The notes: generated from the letters alone by a model not told the origin. 64,000 bases of DNA from Eledone cirrhosa (GCA_964016885.1 OZ024756.1:17174001-17238000); one strand, 5' to 3'; positions 1 through 12,984 are shown, counted from the stretch's first letter. Program-made: numbers and translations.

Positions 1-174
1 TATTATATCTACACGCATGTATATTTGTGTATAATATCAATATGCACACTACACATGCTAGCAGAAAACCACCCGAAGGCTGGTTTTTCTGTTAGTATAT
101 TTTATAAAGGAAACCAAACAAAACACAGGAAGCAAATTTACAATTATATTAGGTTCAATATGATCATTTTACTA

Positions 175-345
<171 letters not shown>

Positions 346-369
346 TTAATATATTTGGAAAAGTATCTT

Positions 370-790
370 AAATTACTGGATAAAGTGTGTAGCTATGAGA
401 TCAGAGTCACTCCTACTTCTCCGAATTGAGAGAACAAAGTTCCGATACTATGAGCATGTAGTTAGAATGTCTCAGGAAAGAATTGATGGAGTCACTCCAG
501 GTAGAGCCACAAATTCTCCGAATTGAGAGAACATAGCTCCGATACTATGAGCATGTAGTTAGAATGTCTCAGGAAATAATCACTGGACAGATTTATGGGC
601 AAAACCAACTGGTAGGAGACCGAGGGGTAGACTCTGAGCAAGATGGTTGGATAACATCCCTGAGCTTAGCAGGTCTCACTTAGGGATCCAGCTTGATCAG
701 TTGGAGACGGTTGCTTCTGATAGGACCCGCTGGATGGAGTGTTTGAGGACTCTGTTGCCACGACCTTCTCAGGAATAAGTGGATGAAGAA
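370..790 (+). mobile_element. RTE-clade LINE 3' fragment (family A) with short internal duplication
   Basis: Homologous to 6400-6740 and 16560-16800; QLRYYEHVVRM and RRPRGR motifs. Confidence 0.75.
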
Positions 791-1825
791 GTCTTAACAT
801 TTCTGATGTTAATTCTTCATTGGAAGATAGAAACAGAGAAAAGAGAATGTTTGAGAGAGAGGAAAAAGGAAGACAGACAAGAGTATTAAAAAAAAAAAGA
901 AGGAAAATGTGTAGTTACAGGCCAGCCACTTTACATCCTGTACATGAGACATATGCTGGTTTTCCAAGTCAGATTTTTGTACAAAATACTGCAACTCATA
1001 CACAAATATATATAACTATGGATGGATTCCTGATGAGTATTGGGAGGTTACCACAGTTAAAAAAGGTGCTCAGTATGTTAGTAGAATGTAGGCATCTTTA
1101 TTTTATACAGAAATGACTTTTACAGGAATAGAACTGTTTCATTCGTATGAAATCATTGGGAAAGTCAGATAAAGTTATTTAACCCTTTAGCATTCACATT
1201 ACTCTATATTTACTATTGTATTTTTGTTGTAAAGGCTTTATCTTACAAATCTACGAGATTTTGATATTTATTTTGAGAACAATACCTTAATATAAGTATG
1301 AGCAGCCAGTTACAGCTGGCTTGAAAAGAAAGAGGTGAGAGTGAGAGTATTCTGACCGGTTTAAATGCTAATGGGTTAATAATTTCTTTGGGATTGGTGT
1401 TGAGAGGAGTAATGGAGGGGGAGTTGATATGATGGGGAGGGATGAGGAGAACGTGGCGCAGAAGACATGGATTGAAGGTGAAGTAGATGGAGGGAGAAGA
1501 AGAGGAAGGAGGAGGAGGAGAAGAAAAGTAGATAATAATGGAGGATGTAGGATAAGATATATACACACACTACCTTCTCCCCATCCTATCACCTCTCCCA
1601 ATACTCATCCCAAAGAAATTATAAATAATGGTACCAATTATATCTGATTAGTCCTGTAGAAGTCATTTCTGTATTATATATATATATATATATATTTATA
1701 ATTGGTGTTGGATGCTTAAAGTGTCCGTATGTGGTAGGCCGTTTGAGCACTCAATGCTCTCATAGAGCAGAGTATGACATCACAGAAAAAAAGAGAATCA
1801 GTGTTGCGACGAATGGAATTTATTG

Positions 1826-1921
1826 GACATAATACGATCGTTTCTCTGGCGACCAGCTCGAGTCACGATCGATGTGATGATCGAACCTGACTCTGAAAAT
1901 CGCAAGGTCCTCAGATACGTC
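1826..1921 (-). ncRNA. Hammerhead ribozyme-like motif (type I, long stem II)
   Basis: gacgtat-CTGAGGA-long hairpin-GAAA-cgatcg-TA-ttatgtc; palindromic helix III, GUA triplet. Confidence 0.65.
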
Positions 1922-2027
1922 TTGATTCTACAAAGCAGATTTTCTTTATCTGTGATATATACATATGCTAGCGTGGAAGATATGCGTTAAATGATGATGA
2001 TGATGATGATGATGATAATGATATATA

Positions 2028-2499
2028 CAGTTGTCTCCTGGTATTCGCGGGGGTTATGTTCCTAGAACATCCTTGAAGAGTGAAAACCTGCGAATATTGG
2101 ACATGGTCCATAAAAATGCCTATAAACATCAAAACAACAAAATATAGGCCGGCAAATACAGTATATTGTTACTAATAATTTAGTGTTAAAAAGGATGAAA
2201 AAATATATATTGCCACAAAAAAAAGAAAAATAAACCATTAAAAAATTGTGGAAGATATTTACGATTCTGCTAGGTAATAGGTGGCTTAGAGATAGATAGA
2301 GAGAGGGAGAGAGAGCGGGTAGCCCTGATAGAGAGAGAGAGGGTAGCCATCACAGAGAGAGAGGATCGCCATCATGGCCTGTAGCATCTCACGGCAAAAT
2401 GATGATGCGGTGGTTTCCACGAACAATTATTTGTTAGGTTCTAAGGAAACTTCTGTGAATAACCAGGACTGCAAATGCCGGGGGGGGGGGTATACACTG
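2028..2499 (+). mobile_element. Tigger-like MITE (other copies at 33299-33626 and 43681-44015)
   Basis: TA|CAGT...ACTG|T(A) ends, subterminal inverted repeats, three homologous copies. Confidence 0.75.
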
Positions 2500-2571
2500 T
2501 ATGTGTGTGTGTATATAAATATGTATATTTATACACACAACTATATTAATATCATATTCACACACACACAT

Positions 2572-2916
2572 GGAGGCACATGGCTTAGTGGTTAGAGCAT
2601 TGGCCTTGCAATCGAAAGGTTGTGAGTTCAATTCTCAGACCGGGTGATGAGTTGTTTCCTTGAGCAAGACACTTTATTTCACATTGCTCCAGTTTACTCA
2701 GCTGTAGAAATGAGATGATAGGGACTGGGGTCCATATCATTCTACTGCAAAGTGGTCATGCAGGTGCCACGGCAAAAAAGCACCCAGCACTCACTGTAAA
2801 TGAGGTTGGTGTTAGGAAGGGCATCCAGCTGTAGAAATCAAGCCAGAATCAGTTCCCGTCCCACCCTTGCAAGCAGGGAAAAGTGGACGTAAAAATGAAA
2901 TGAAAAAATGAAAAAT
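2572..2916 (+). mobile_element. tRNA-derived SINE family 1 (representative copy)
   Basis: A box tggcttagtgg, B box gagttcaattc, ccttgagcaagacacttt core, (TGA)n/TGAAA tail. Copies near 10130(-), 11945(-), 13355, 21400(-), 27815(-), 28640(-), 34160(-) and 39140, plus many 3' fragments. Confidence 0.9.
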
Positions 2917-2993
2917 GACACACACACACACACACAGGTATCATGTTACAGATAACACATATTTAGTAGAATTATTGATAAAAACAATCTTAC

Positions 2994-4407
2994 GTCTTTG
3001 TTGATGGCAGAAGAACCCTTTGTGTAGTGTGTTGTTGTTGGTGTTGTTGTTGTTGTTGTTGCTGTTGTTGTTGTTGTTGCTGCTGCTGCTGCTGTTGTTG
3101 TTGTTGTTGTGTTGTAGGTTGCTGAGAGATCACTTGTTGTTGTGGAATGTGTTGGCCTGGAGATTGCTGCATTGTGACAGCGACACCAGGCTGGCCAATT
3201 GTTCCAGCCGGCAACTGTATATGTTGTGCAGCAGGGTTGCCTGTTCCTGACCCAGCTTGGCTAACAGTGACCAGTTGAGTGACTAACGGGGGCGTCTGAC
3301 CAGGCGAACACGACTGTTTCTGATTGAAAATCTGCAGGGTCTGTGTCCCAATGTTAGGTGAAATTGAAGGTGTAACAACTTGTTGTATCTGTGGTTGAGC
3401 ATTACTAGTTTTAATGTTTGCTTGTGCTACCTGGATTTTGTTTGGGGTGTGTTGATTAAGGGTTTGTGTGTTTTGGCCACCAGCTAATGTGAAATGAATA
3501 GACCCCTGGGGCAGGGGAAATGAAGGCAGGATATACTGAACATGAGTTGCTTGGATGTTTCCTTGTTGTCCAATGTTAATTGTGTTTGCCATTCCTGGAG
3601 ATTGGCTGCCCTGTAGAGAAGAACCTTGATTAGTGGGCTTCAGTACTAAATTGGTCACTAAAGGACCAGATGCTGAAACAGCAGGACTCACTGGCTGACC
3701 TTGTGCTTGTGAAGTATGGGGTGGAGCCACATTTCTTAATGTCATAAAGCTACCGGATGTGACAGCTGTTGCCATCCCATACTGGTTTGCCGGAATAGTC
3801 TGTACAAGTATTGGTCCGACATTTTTCATGGGGGTTTTCGGAGTCGCCTGTATAACAGGTTGCGGTTGAACATTAATCCCAGCAAGTCCAGTCTTTACTT
3901 GAGCAGGTGTCACATTAACTGATGAAGTAACAGGCAAATTGGATGCTGAATTGTGGCTGGTCATGCCAGGTGGTTTCGATGCAATTGGCACTGGTGTGGT
4001 GATAGGTTTACATGTAGTGCTGTAGGTTGGAGCAATTTGACTGCTTGAATTCTGATAACCTGTTGTAAGCACGGGCTGGCCTGCAGCACTCAAAATTTGG
4101 ATATTGCTGCTTGATACAAACTGAAGCACTGTGGGTGAAGCCACTGCTTGAGTCTGGACATTACTCGGCTGCTGTTTAACTTTTGATGCCTTTTGAGTCA
4201 TTTTACCGACAATGGGTCCACGACCATTCTGTTTGCCAAGCGTGGTTTGTGTATTGGATGAGAAAACTATTTGCTGGTCTTCATGAGTTGTCATTGTTAT
4301 GTTGTGAATCTTCATGCCACCTAACCGAACGGTTTGCTGTTGAGTGACAGGTTGTTGAGTGTTCTGGCTATACTGAGGCTGGCTTACTTCTTGTTTCTCA
4401 GAACATT
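2994..4407 (-). CDS. cic: capicua coding exon 10 (Q/T/P-rich, polyQ); gene continues beyond window start
   Basis: Acceptor tttttttttag, donor AC|gtaag; 1414 nt open, phase 1-2. The C-terminal C1 domain is not seen in the window. Confidence 0.88.
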
Positions 4408-4438
4408 CTAAAAAAAATAAATACACACATATATATAT

Positions 4439-4491
<53 letters not shown>

Positions 4492-4597
4492 AACCATTGA
4501 ATTATGAATAAATACGAATGAATCAAATTCAAGCAAATATATATGAGAAGTAAGTAAAACATTTTAAGAGAAATTTTGGAAATAAATGCAACATACA

Positions 4598-4826
4598 TTA
4601 ACCCTTTAGCATTTACATTACTCTATATATACTATTGTATTTTTGTGGTAAAGGCTTTATCTTACATAATTATCTCACATAATATCGAATCTATGAGATT
4701 TTGATATTATTTATTTTGAAAACAATACCTTAACATAAGTATGAGCAGCCAATTACAGCTGGTTTGAACAGAAAGAGGTGAGAGAGTTCTGGCTGGATGC
4801 AGCCGGTTTAAATGCTAAAGGGTTAA
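4598..4826 (+). mobile_element. piggyBac-like MITE, about 220 bp (representative copy)
   Basis: TTAA|CCCTTTAGCATTTA...TAAATGCTAAAGGG|TTAA. Other full or partial copies near 1179, 16801, 22960, 26896(-), 27503, 28250, 31040(-), 39103, 42069, 42711(-), 44212, 44716, 45189(-), 47980, 48543, 60090 and 60940. Confidence 0.85.
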
Positions 4827-5584
4827 TTGAAAATTTAGCCTGCTAACAGTGGATACAAAGAGCAAGAAACCTGCCAGACACACTAATGTCACCACTATAC
4901 CAATGAGATCATGTACTTGATGCTACAGGATCATTATCATCATCGTTTAGCATCCACCTTCCAGGCTAGAATGAGTTGTTCCATTTGAGGTAAGTTGGGT
5001 CAGGTGACCATGTCTTACTGATAGAGAACTGATTCTACAGATATTAATAGCGCCACCAAGAGGCAAACTGGTTGTCTAGGTGTCATGACAAAAAACACCC
5101 AGCCCACACTGTAAAGTGGTCGTATAGATGTCATGAGAAAAAGCACCCAATACTCACTGTAATGAGGTTGGCGTTAGGAAGGCTGTAGAAACCAAGCCAA
5201 AATCATTTCTGTATGAGCAAGACAAGGTCACCTTACAACAGGACAACTAGTCTAACCCATGCTAGCATCGAAAAATGGACGTTAAACAGTGATGGTAATG
5301 ATGATATATATATATATATTTTTTTAAAGATTGACAAGATCCCAAACCTCATTTTTCTTACCAAGTGGAGCGAAACTCATAAGATTAGACGAAGGAAACA
5401 ATATTTCCATTAGTCTTTCTATTGACGAGACTATCTATCAGTTGCAACTCCTGGCAGAAAGAGCAACGTAAAATAAAGTGTCTTGCTCAAGGACAAAACA
5501 CATCATTCGGTCTGGGATTGAGACTCACAACCCTTTCATTGTGAATCTCACTTTCTATGCAGAATCATAAGAAATCATATATAC

Positions 5585-5995
5585 CTTGCATCATTCTTTG
5601 TTCTCCTCTCTCGTACACCTCTTCCCGAATGTTGGACACTGATGCCCGTTCAGGTTTGTTCCTTGGTTTAAACACGGCACCAACTGGTTGAAAACTTGAG
5701 CCAGAATGGGATGGACGAAACACCAAATTTTCATGACTAGAAGGTATAATTGAGTTGACCATGTCTGGTTTATCAAAGTTAGTTTTACTCGGCGAGCCAG
5801 GAATACTCTTCCTCGGCTCTGGTCGATATGCATAGTCTGCTGGAGAAATATGAGCCATCATGGGAGAAAAACGTTGTTGGGGGAAAGCTTTATTTTCAAT
5901 AATGCCATCATCTTCAGTTTGACTGTCAGTCTCACTATCAGATACCTGCTCTTTGCAGTTTAAGTCTATTTCGCCACCATCATCATCATCTTTAC
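5585..5995 (-). CDS. cic: capicua coding exon 9
   Basis: Acceptor ttttgcag, donor gtatat; phase 1-1. Encodes [16 protein letters not shown] (compare CIC IDLKCKERVTDSE) and FPQQRFSP. Confidence 0.92.
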
Positions 5996-6125
5996 CTGCA
6001 AAAGGTCACAATAATAGCTGAATTAATACATTGTATGGTATTGTGATTATATGGTAAAATTGAAAGAGAATGAGAGAGGGAGAAATAGAGAGGGTAAGAG
6101 AGGGAGAGGGATAGGGAGATAAAAT

Positions 6126-6745
6126 GTGTATGGAGTTTCACTGAAGCAAGTAGAGAAGTTCAAGTTTCTTGGGGCCATATCCAAAAGTGATGGAAGGCTG
6201 GAGGCTAAATTAAGCACAAGAATTGCAAAAGCTTCAGCATGCCGTAATCAGAAGAAGAAAAGTAGGCATAAAAGCCAAACTCGGTATCTTCAATACGGTA
6301 TTCATGCCAACCCCGAATCTTGGGTAATGACCAAAAGAATACAATCACAAATACAGGTGGTCAAAATGGGGTTCCACCGAAGGGTCTTTGGAATAACATT
6401 ACTTGATAAAGTGCGTAACTCGGAGATCAGAGAGTCGCTCCAGGTAGAGCTGCTACTTCTCCCATTTGAGAGGCCACAGCTCTGATACTATGGTCATGTG
6501 GTTAGAATGTCTCAGGAAAGAATTGCTGGACAGATTTTACAGGCAAAACGTACTGGCAGGAGACCCAGGAGTTGACCCCGAGCAAGATGGTTGGATAACA
6601 TCCATGAGCTTGGCTGGTCTTGCTTGGGGATCTAGCCGGATCAGTTGGAGACCGTTGCTTCTGACAGGACCCGCTGGAGGGAGAGTTTGAGGACTCTGCC
6701 CCCATGACCCCGTAAGGAATAAGTGGGCAAGGAAGAAGATAAAAA
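6126..6745 (+). mobile_element. RTE-clade LINE 3' fragment (family A)
   Basis: VEKFKFLG...RIAKAS, ESWVMTK, DKVRNSEIRESL, YGHVVRM, GRRPRS; contains frameshifts. Confidence 0.85.
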
Positions 6746-6785
6746 GATAAAAGATATGGAGAGTATAATGATAAGGCTGACATAC

Positions 6786-7128
6786 CAGTGCTACCATCGT
6801 CTGCCTCATAGATGACCATTTGTTCATTATCGCTGTCATCATCATCGTCCATTGGATGTGACTGCCTCGACTGTGTGGCAACAGTATTGGATGAAGGATG
6901 TTGCTGGACATAAGAGGCAGAAACTGGAGGCAGGGAAGGCATGAGTGAAGACGGATGGTGTTGAGAAGGTGGCGGCAGTGGTGGTGATGATGACGATGGC
7001 AGCATGCCTCCTTGTTGGACTGATGTAAATTGAGCATGCTGTGAGTTTAGCTGAGATTTCATTTGGTGTTGTGATTGGTGCAGAGGTTGCGATGACCCTT
7101 GCAATTGATTCATTGGCTGAACTCGTTT
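6786..7128 (-). CDS. cic: capicua coding exon 8
   Basis: Acceptor (tta)n-ttgtag, donor gtatgt; phase 0-1. Ends in [13 protein letters not shown], similar to the conserved CIC 'ERMVICEEE' block. Confidence 0.88.
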
Positions 7129-7139
7129 CTACAATAATA

Positions 7140-7174
<35 letters not shown>

Positions 7175-7179
<5 letters not shown>

Positions 7180-8480
7180 TTTAGGTGTTCTGGAGGCTGA
7201 TGACATCAAGAACAAAAAAATGAAGGAATTGATAAAATCTGAATACATTTGGAGAGTAAGGAGCGTATTAAAGTTACATCTAAATAGTAGGAATGCCATA
7301 AGTGCAGTAAATTCCCGAGCTGTGTCTATTATTAGGTACAGTGCAGGAATTCTGAGATGGAATGTTGCTGAACAAAAAGAAATGGATAGGAAGACTAGGA
7401 AACTATTGACTATCTACAACATGTTCCACAAGAGGAGTGATGTCGATAGACTCTACTTAAGGAGATCTGAATGTGGAAGAGGTCTTATCAGCTTATAGGA
7501 CTGTGTTCAGATGGAGAAAAACAACCTACACAAATACGTGACTGATAGTAGGGAGCCAATGCTCAGAATTGTACTGAAGGAGAGGACAATAGACCAGGGG
7601 ATGTCTAAGGAGGAAATAACAACAAGGAGAAAGAGCAACCTTCATGAAAAATCCCTTCATAGTACCTTCTTTGAGAAAACTGAATTTAGAGATCCACAGA
7701 CATAGAACTGGTTGAAAAGAGGAGACCTTAAAAAGGCTACGGAAGGAATGCTAATGGCTGCGCAAGAACAGGCCCTCAAAACAAAGTGGCTGAAACACCA
7801 CATTTACAAGGAGGAGGCTAGCCCACTGTGTAGGATCTGTGGAGAGAGAGAGGAGACTGTGGTTCACGTTGTATCTGAGTGTAAACACCTAGCCCAGACT
7901 CACTATAAAGGCTGGAGACATGATGTGATGGGCAGGGTGATCCACTGGCACCTATGCAAAGTAAACAATTTACCACATTCTGAAAAGTGGTATGAGCATA
8001 AGCCAGAGTCGATGATAGAAAACGATCAGGTGAAGGTGCTGTGGGATTTTAGGATACAGACGGACAAGAAACTGGAACACAATAGACCTGACCTGGTGGT
8101 TTTGGACAAGAAAAAAAGATTGTGCCTGATTGTGGATGTAGCCTGCCCATTCGACATGAGAGTGCAAGAGAAGGCGAGGGAGAAAATTAACTGATACCAG
8201 GACTTAAAGTGGGAGGTAAAAAGGATTTGGAACTGCCATGAAGTCAAAGTGGTCCCGATTGTCATAGGAGCACTAGGTACTATCTCAAAGAGTTTCCAAG
8301 GATGGTTAAAGAAAATTGGTCCCGCCCCGCTTTTTGGAACACTTCAAAAGGCATGCTTGCTGGGAACAGCAAGAACCCTCCGATATGTCCTGAATATCTG
8401 AGGCTGCAGGTAGTGGCTTGATATTCATTTCAACAAACTTTCCAGTTAACTAACATCAATGACTGAGACTCAAAGAACAA
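7175..8480 (+). mobile_element. 5'-truncated R4/Dong-clade non-LTR retrotransposon (RT end, CCHC knuckle, restriction-like endonuclease)
   Basis: One frame from KYLGVLE (7175) to TGA (8401) with three in-frame stops. Motifs GGRGL-like CGRGLIS, CRICGEREETVVHVVSEC, RHD, RPDLVV...IVDVACP and VIGALG. Flanked by (TAA)n on both sides. Confidence 0.88.
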
Positions 8481-10829
8481 TAATAATAATAATAATAGTA
8501 ATAATAATTGTTTCTACTTTTGGCACAAGGCCAGCAATTACCCAATGCATTACTGGTACTTTATTCTATCGACCCCGGAAGGATGAAAGGCAAAGTTAAC
8601 CTCGGCGGGATTTGAACTCAGATAATAGTAATAATAATGGCAAAGTAAGCGTTTTGTTTTGAAGAGAGTGAGCAAAGTTTGAAATTTAGTAGAAATAGAA
8701 GCTTTCGCCATATTTTGACCAAATAAATTAGCTTGATAGTAGGGTTTAAAATCCTCTAAATGGAAAAGGATGAGTATTGACATACATGTACATCAATACT
8801 CATCCTTTTCCATTCAGGAGGTTTAAAAAAACTCCACTATTAGGCTAATTTCTTTAATCAAAATATGGCGAAAGCTTCTATTTTTACTAAATAATAATAA
8901 TAACAAATAAAATAAATGATCATGTGTTTTGCATCTAGAAAGTTCCCTTCTAAGGCACAAGCCAGGGCAAGGTGTTTGGAAGACCAGGAGTTTCCCCTTT
9001 CCACACCAATGATGTCGCAACATAAAAATAAAGCATCTTGCTCAAGGACACAATGCACTGCCCTGACTGTGAATCGAACTCACAACCTCACAAACGTGGT
9101 TAGAGTCTCCAACTCGCTAACCACTAAGCCACATACCTTCAATAAAAACAAACAAATAAATTTCTTAATGTCTGTAGAGCTAACGAGTTCATTTTGCAAT
9201 TAAAACAGGTTGAAACCCACAAGTTGAAATAGCTGAGCTTGTCTTTGGAACTACAAATCTTTAATATTCCTACTCTGCATCTCATCAGGTATTGAGTCCT
9301 ACCCTGACTTAGGGTCATAGTGGTCTTTAATTCCAAAGAGAAGAAACCAGAACAGTTTTCTCTAAGTTCCTTATACTCTGAAGGAGGGAATTGTAAGTCC
9401 CGAAATATTAGGACAAAAGAAACAACGAAAACAAAACAAAGATTACCAGGTAACTAAATTTTTCGTTACCTTCATCTTATCGTCCATTTTGCATTGTTTA
9501 GCCTTATATCACTTTCCACATTATATAATATATACAATGCTTCAAGCAAACCACAACATTTTATTGAATAAAAGTAATTCAATTTAATTTATACCCAGGT
9601 TATTTTTTATTCCTTTATATATATATGCTTTGTGATGATGTAAAACTTTAGTGATTGGAAATTTACCGATAGGATTAAACTCTGAACTGTCTTTTTCCTA
9701 TCTTGCTGTGGACTATAAAATCACATTTGAGCTTGGAAATATTCTTTGCCTTTATATGGTTGAATTATTAACTCATCTAAATTCATATATATATGTATTA
9801 AGAAAGAGAGATCAAAGGTTCAGTCCAACATATTTTATTCAAAATATGTACATATTCTGATTCTAATCTCCATTGCGTCTGGCATGTAAATTGATCAAAG
9901 AGTCAACCTGATTGTAATTAATAAATCTCTGAGTAGGTCATTTATGAAACACACGTTACACATGATTACAAATAAAATATGTTGAACTAAAACTTTGATC
10001 TCTCTTTCTTAATATAGACACTCTCCATATTACACCAATAACAAACAGGTGTTGGTACTAACTCAGAATTTTAATACTGAATATCCAATTCACATAAAAG
10101 TGCTGAAAATGATGATGATATATATATATTCTCATCATCATCGTTTTACGTCCGTTCTTCTACGCTAGCATGGGTTAGATGGTTTGTCCTGTTGTGGGCA
10201 GTGTCTGGTTGGTTGACCTTGTCTTGCTCATACGGGAACTGATTCTGGCTTGATTTCTAGAGCTGGATACCCTTCTTAACACCAACCTCATTTACAGTGA
10301 GTGTTGGGTGCTTTTTTTCCATGGCGCCTACACGTCCACTTTGCAGTGGAATGATAGGGACCCCAGTCCTATCATCTCATTTCTACAGCTGAGTAAAGTG
10401 AAATAAAGTGTCTTGCTCAAGGAAACAACACATCACCCAGTCCGAGAATTGAACTCACAACCGTTCGATTGCAAGCCCAATGCTCTAACACTAAGCCATG
10501 TGCCTTCATATATACATATATATAATGTGGTTGCTATTAGGAAGGGCATCCAGCTGTAAAAACCCCAGCCAAATTTACAGTCCCGTCAGAGAAAGGTACG
10601 GCATGGCTAATCTTGGCCAGACTTATCTCTCAACCTGGATGACCCATCTGACCCATGCAAACATGGAAAAATGGACATTAAATGGTTATATATATATATA
10701 TATTAATCAAGATGACATATTTGACAAGGTCCTTTATATTTTATCTGGTTGGTCACTAATGGGACTAGGTGAGTTGACAAGAACACAAGAGCTGGAAAAG
10801 GTAGATAGAAAGAGCCTTAAATCTAATCA

Positions 10830-11025
10830 CAGACCTGCCAACCTCTAAAAATCTAAACGGGGAGTCCCATAAAAGAAGTGCCCCAAAACAGGGAGAAATG
10901 AGGCAAAATGGGGGAGATTTTACATAATGAAAGCTATACCTATTTTCACAAGAGAAGGGCATCTCTCACCCACCCCAAAGGCTATTGCAAATCTTTCAGT
11001 CAGATGGGGAGAGTTGTCAGGTCTG
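10830..11025 (+). mobile_element. MITE with cagacctgccaac TIRs (second copy at 20387-20581)
   Basis: Inverted ends cagacctgccaac/gttgtcaggtctg; two homologous copies. Confidence 0.65.
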
Positions 11026-11431
11026 AAATCATACATCTCAGGAAACCTTTCCAGTTTTAATTTTCCTTACCCTCCTCCATTATACCTGGCTCAGTTCTAA
11101 AGCCCAACACCCCCTGACTCAGTTCTCAATGAACAGTTTCTATTTCTGGTGTTGCCTTCAAAATTGTATGAAGCATGTTTGTATGAGATCACTTGAACTG
11201 TTAACGCCCCCACCACCACCGCCATTTTAGAAAAGGAAGGATTCAATGGCAAATATGCTGTGGTGCACACTAACTTGAGAAATGTTAGTAATATCCATAG
11301 TTGGACTGTTTTTGATCATATGACTGATCAATCAAATCTGAGATGGAGGCCCAAGCAATAATAACAACCTAGATAAATGGCAGGTGGGCGAGACATGTAA
11401 ATATTTAAATAAGATAGAAAGCAATAGAAAC

Positions 11432-11694
11432 CTCTCGAAATGGACTGTGGCTTCTCTCTTGGCTGCAGTTTGGCTGTCCACTGATGTTGGACTGCGTTGT
11501 GCCTCCCCCTTCGTCTCGACGCGGCATTGACGATAGGCTTTGCGAGCGCCCCTTTGATGATTCATACATATCTCTAGCAGACGTATAATTCACTGCCGAC
11601 ATCTGAGCAACATTAGAAGACTCAGTTTCATCACAGTGATGTAGCACAGGTTCCAAACCTTCTGCCGCCGGCACTTGGTCCTCGTTGGAATCCT
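11432..11694 (-). CDS. cic: capicua coding exon 7
   Basis: Acceptor tttcag; open frame EDSNEDQ...[10 protein letters not shown]...SPFRE; weak donor GAG|gtttct. Phase 1-0 bridges exons 6 and 8 exactly. Confidence 0.8.
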
Positions 11695-12243
11695 CTGAAA
11701 GACAAAACATTTCAAAACACAATAAATGTTCAACTCCGATGACTGGGAAAGAAACTCCAACCATCGCTTAAACAATCAATGAACCACAAACAAGTATGAA
11801 TTTACATTGTGTTTTGGTGTGTCATGTGTAACAGTGCCTGCTCATGAGGAGGCACTAAAGAAGAAGAGTATCAGGGTATGTAAATATAGCTTGCACTTTG
11901 TGTACACGTATGTATATACGTGTGTTAGTATGATGGTATATACATATATCATCATCATCATTTTATGTCCGTATTTTCCCTGCTTGCAAGGGTGGTATGG
12001 GAACTGATTCTGGCTTGATTTCTACAGCTGGATGCCCTTCCTAACACCAACCTCATTTACAGTGAGTGCTGGGTGCTTTTTCGCCGTGGCACCTCCACGA
12101 CCACTTTGCAGTGGAATGATATGGACCCCAGTCCCTATCATCTCATTTCTACAGCTGAGTATATATATATACATCTCCTGAGCGTGAAATTAATAAACAT
12201 TTATTGTACTGCCTCTCTGTTTTGTCCCTGTTCAAATTTTTAC

Positions 12244-12285
<42 letters not shown>

Positions 12286-12332
12286 ACTGTTCGTGTGACT
12301 AAGCTTGGTAGAGCTTATACTCAGCACTGTGA

Positions 12333-12390
12333 TTATTAAGCTCTGATGATTCCTACCCAATGGTATGGATGAAACATTGTAAGCAAATAA
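12333..12390 (+). ncRNA. Minimal hammerhead ribozyme-like motif
   Basis: gct-CTGATGA-t-tcctacc-caat-ggtatgga-t-GAAA-cattg-TA-agc. Confidence 0.65.
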
Positions 12391-12427
12391 AAACTGAGTA
12401 TGTAAGCATTCTTTGGTTTCTTTTATT

Positions 12428-12429
<2 letters not shown>

Positions 12430-12458
<29 letters not shown>

Positions 12459-12601
12459 TAGTGTATTGGTCTATATATATGTGTTAGTGCATTGGTGTAT
12501 GTCATCATCATCATCACCGTTTTACGTCCGTTCTTCCACGCTAGCATGGGTTAGACTGTTGTGGGTAGTATCCGGTTGGCTGACCTTGTCTTGCTCATAT
12601 G

Positions 12602-12654
<53 letters not shown>

Positions 12655-12877
12655 ATGTGAATGTATATGTGTATTATTGTACATGTATGCATATATGTGT
12701 ATTAGTGTATGTATACATGTGTTAGTGTATTGGCGTATGTATATATATATATGTGTGTGTGTTAGCGTATGTATATATATATATATATGTGCGTGTATTG
12801 GCATATGCATATATATATATATATATGTGTGTATTGGCATATGTATATATATATATATATGTGTGTATTGGCATATG

Positions 12878-12910
<33 letters not shown>

Positions 12911-12950
12911 TAGTGTATGTATATATATATATATATGTGTGTATTGGCGT

Positions 12951-12984
<34 letters not shown>

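Noticed and set aside
2572-2645. tRNA gene
   Set aside because: It is the tRNA-derived head of a multicopy SINE; no proper cloverleaf or terminator, and it continues into the SINE body.
4408-4492. N-terminal extension and stop of ORF 2990..4492 as a stand-alone gene
   Set aside because: The extension is intronic microsatellite, and the stop lies within the GTAAG donor; this is cic exon 10.
9370-9415. Additional hammerhead (ctgaagga-ggga..tccc-gaaa-tat-ta)
   Set aside because: The core has an extra nucleotide and stem I is unconvincing; possibly a decayed copy but not supportable.
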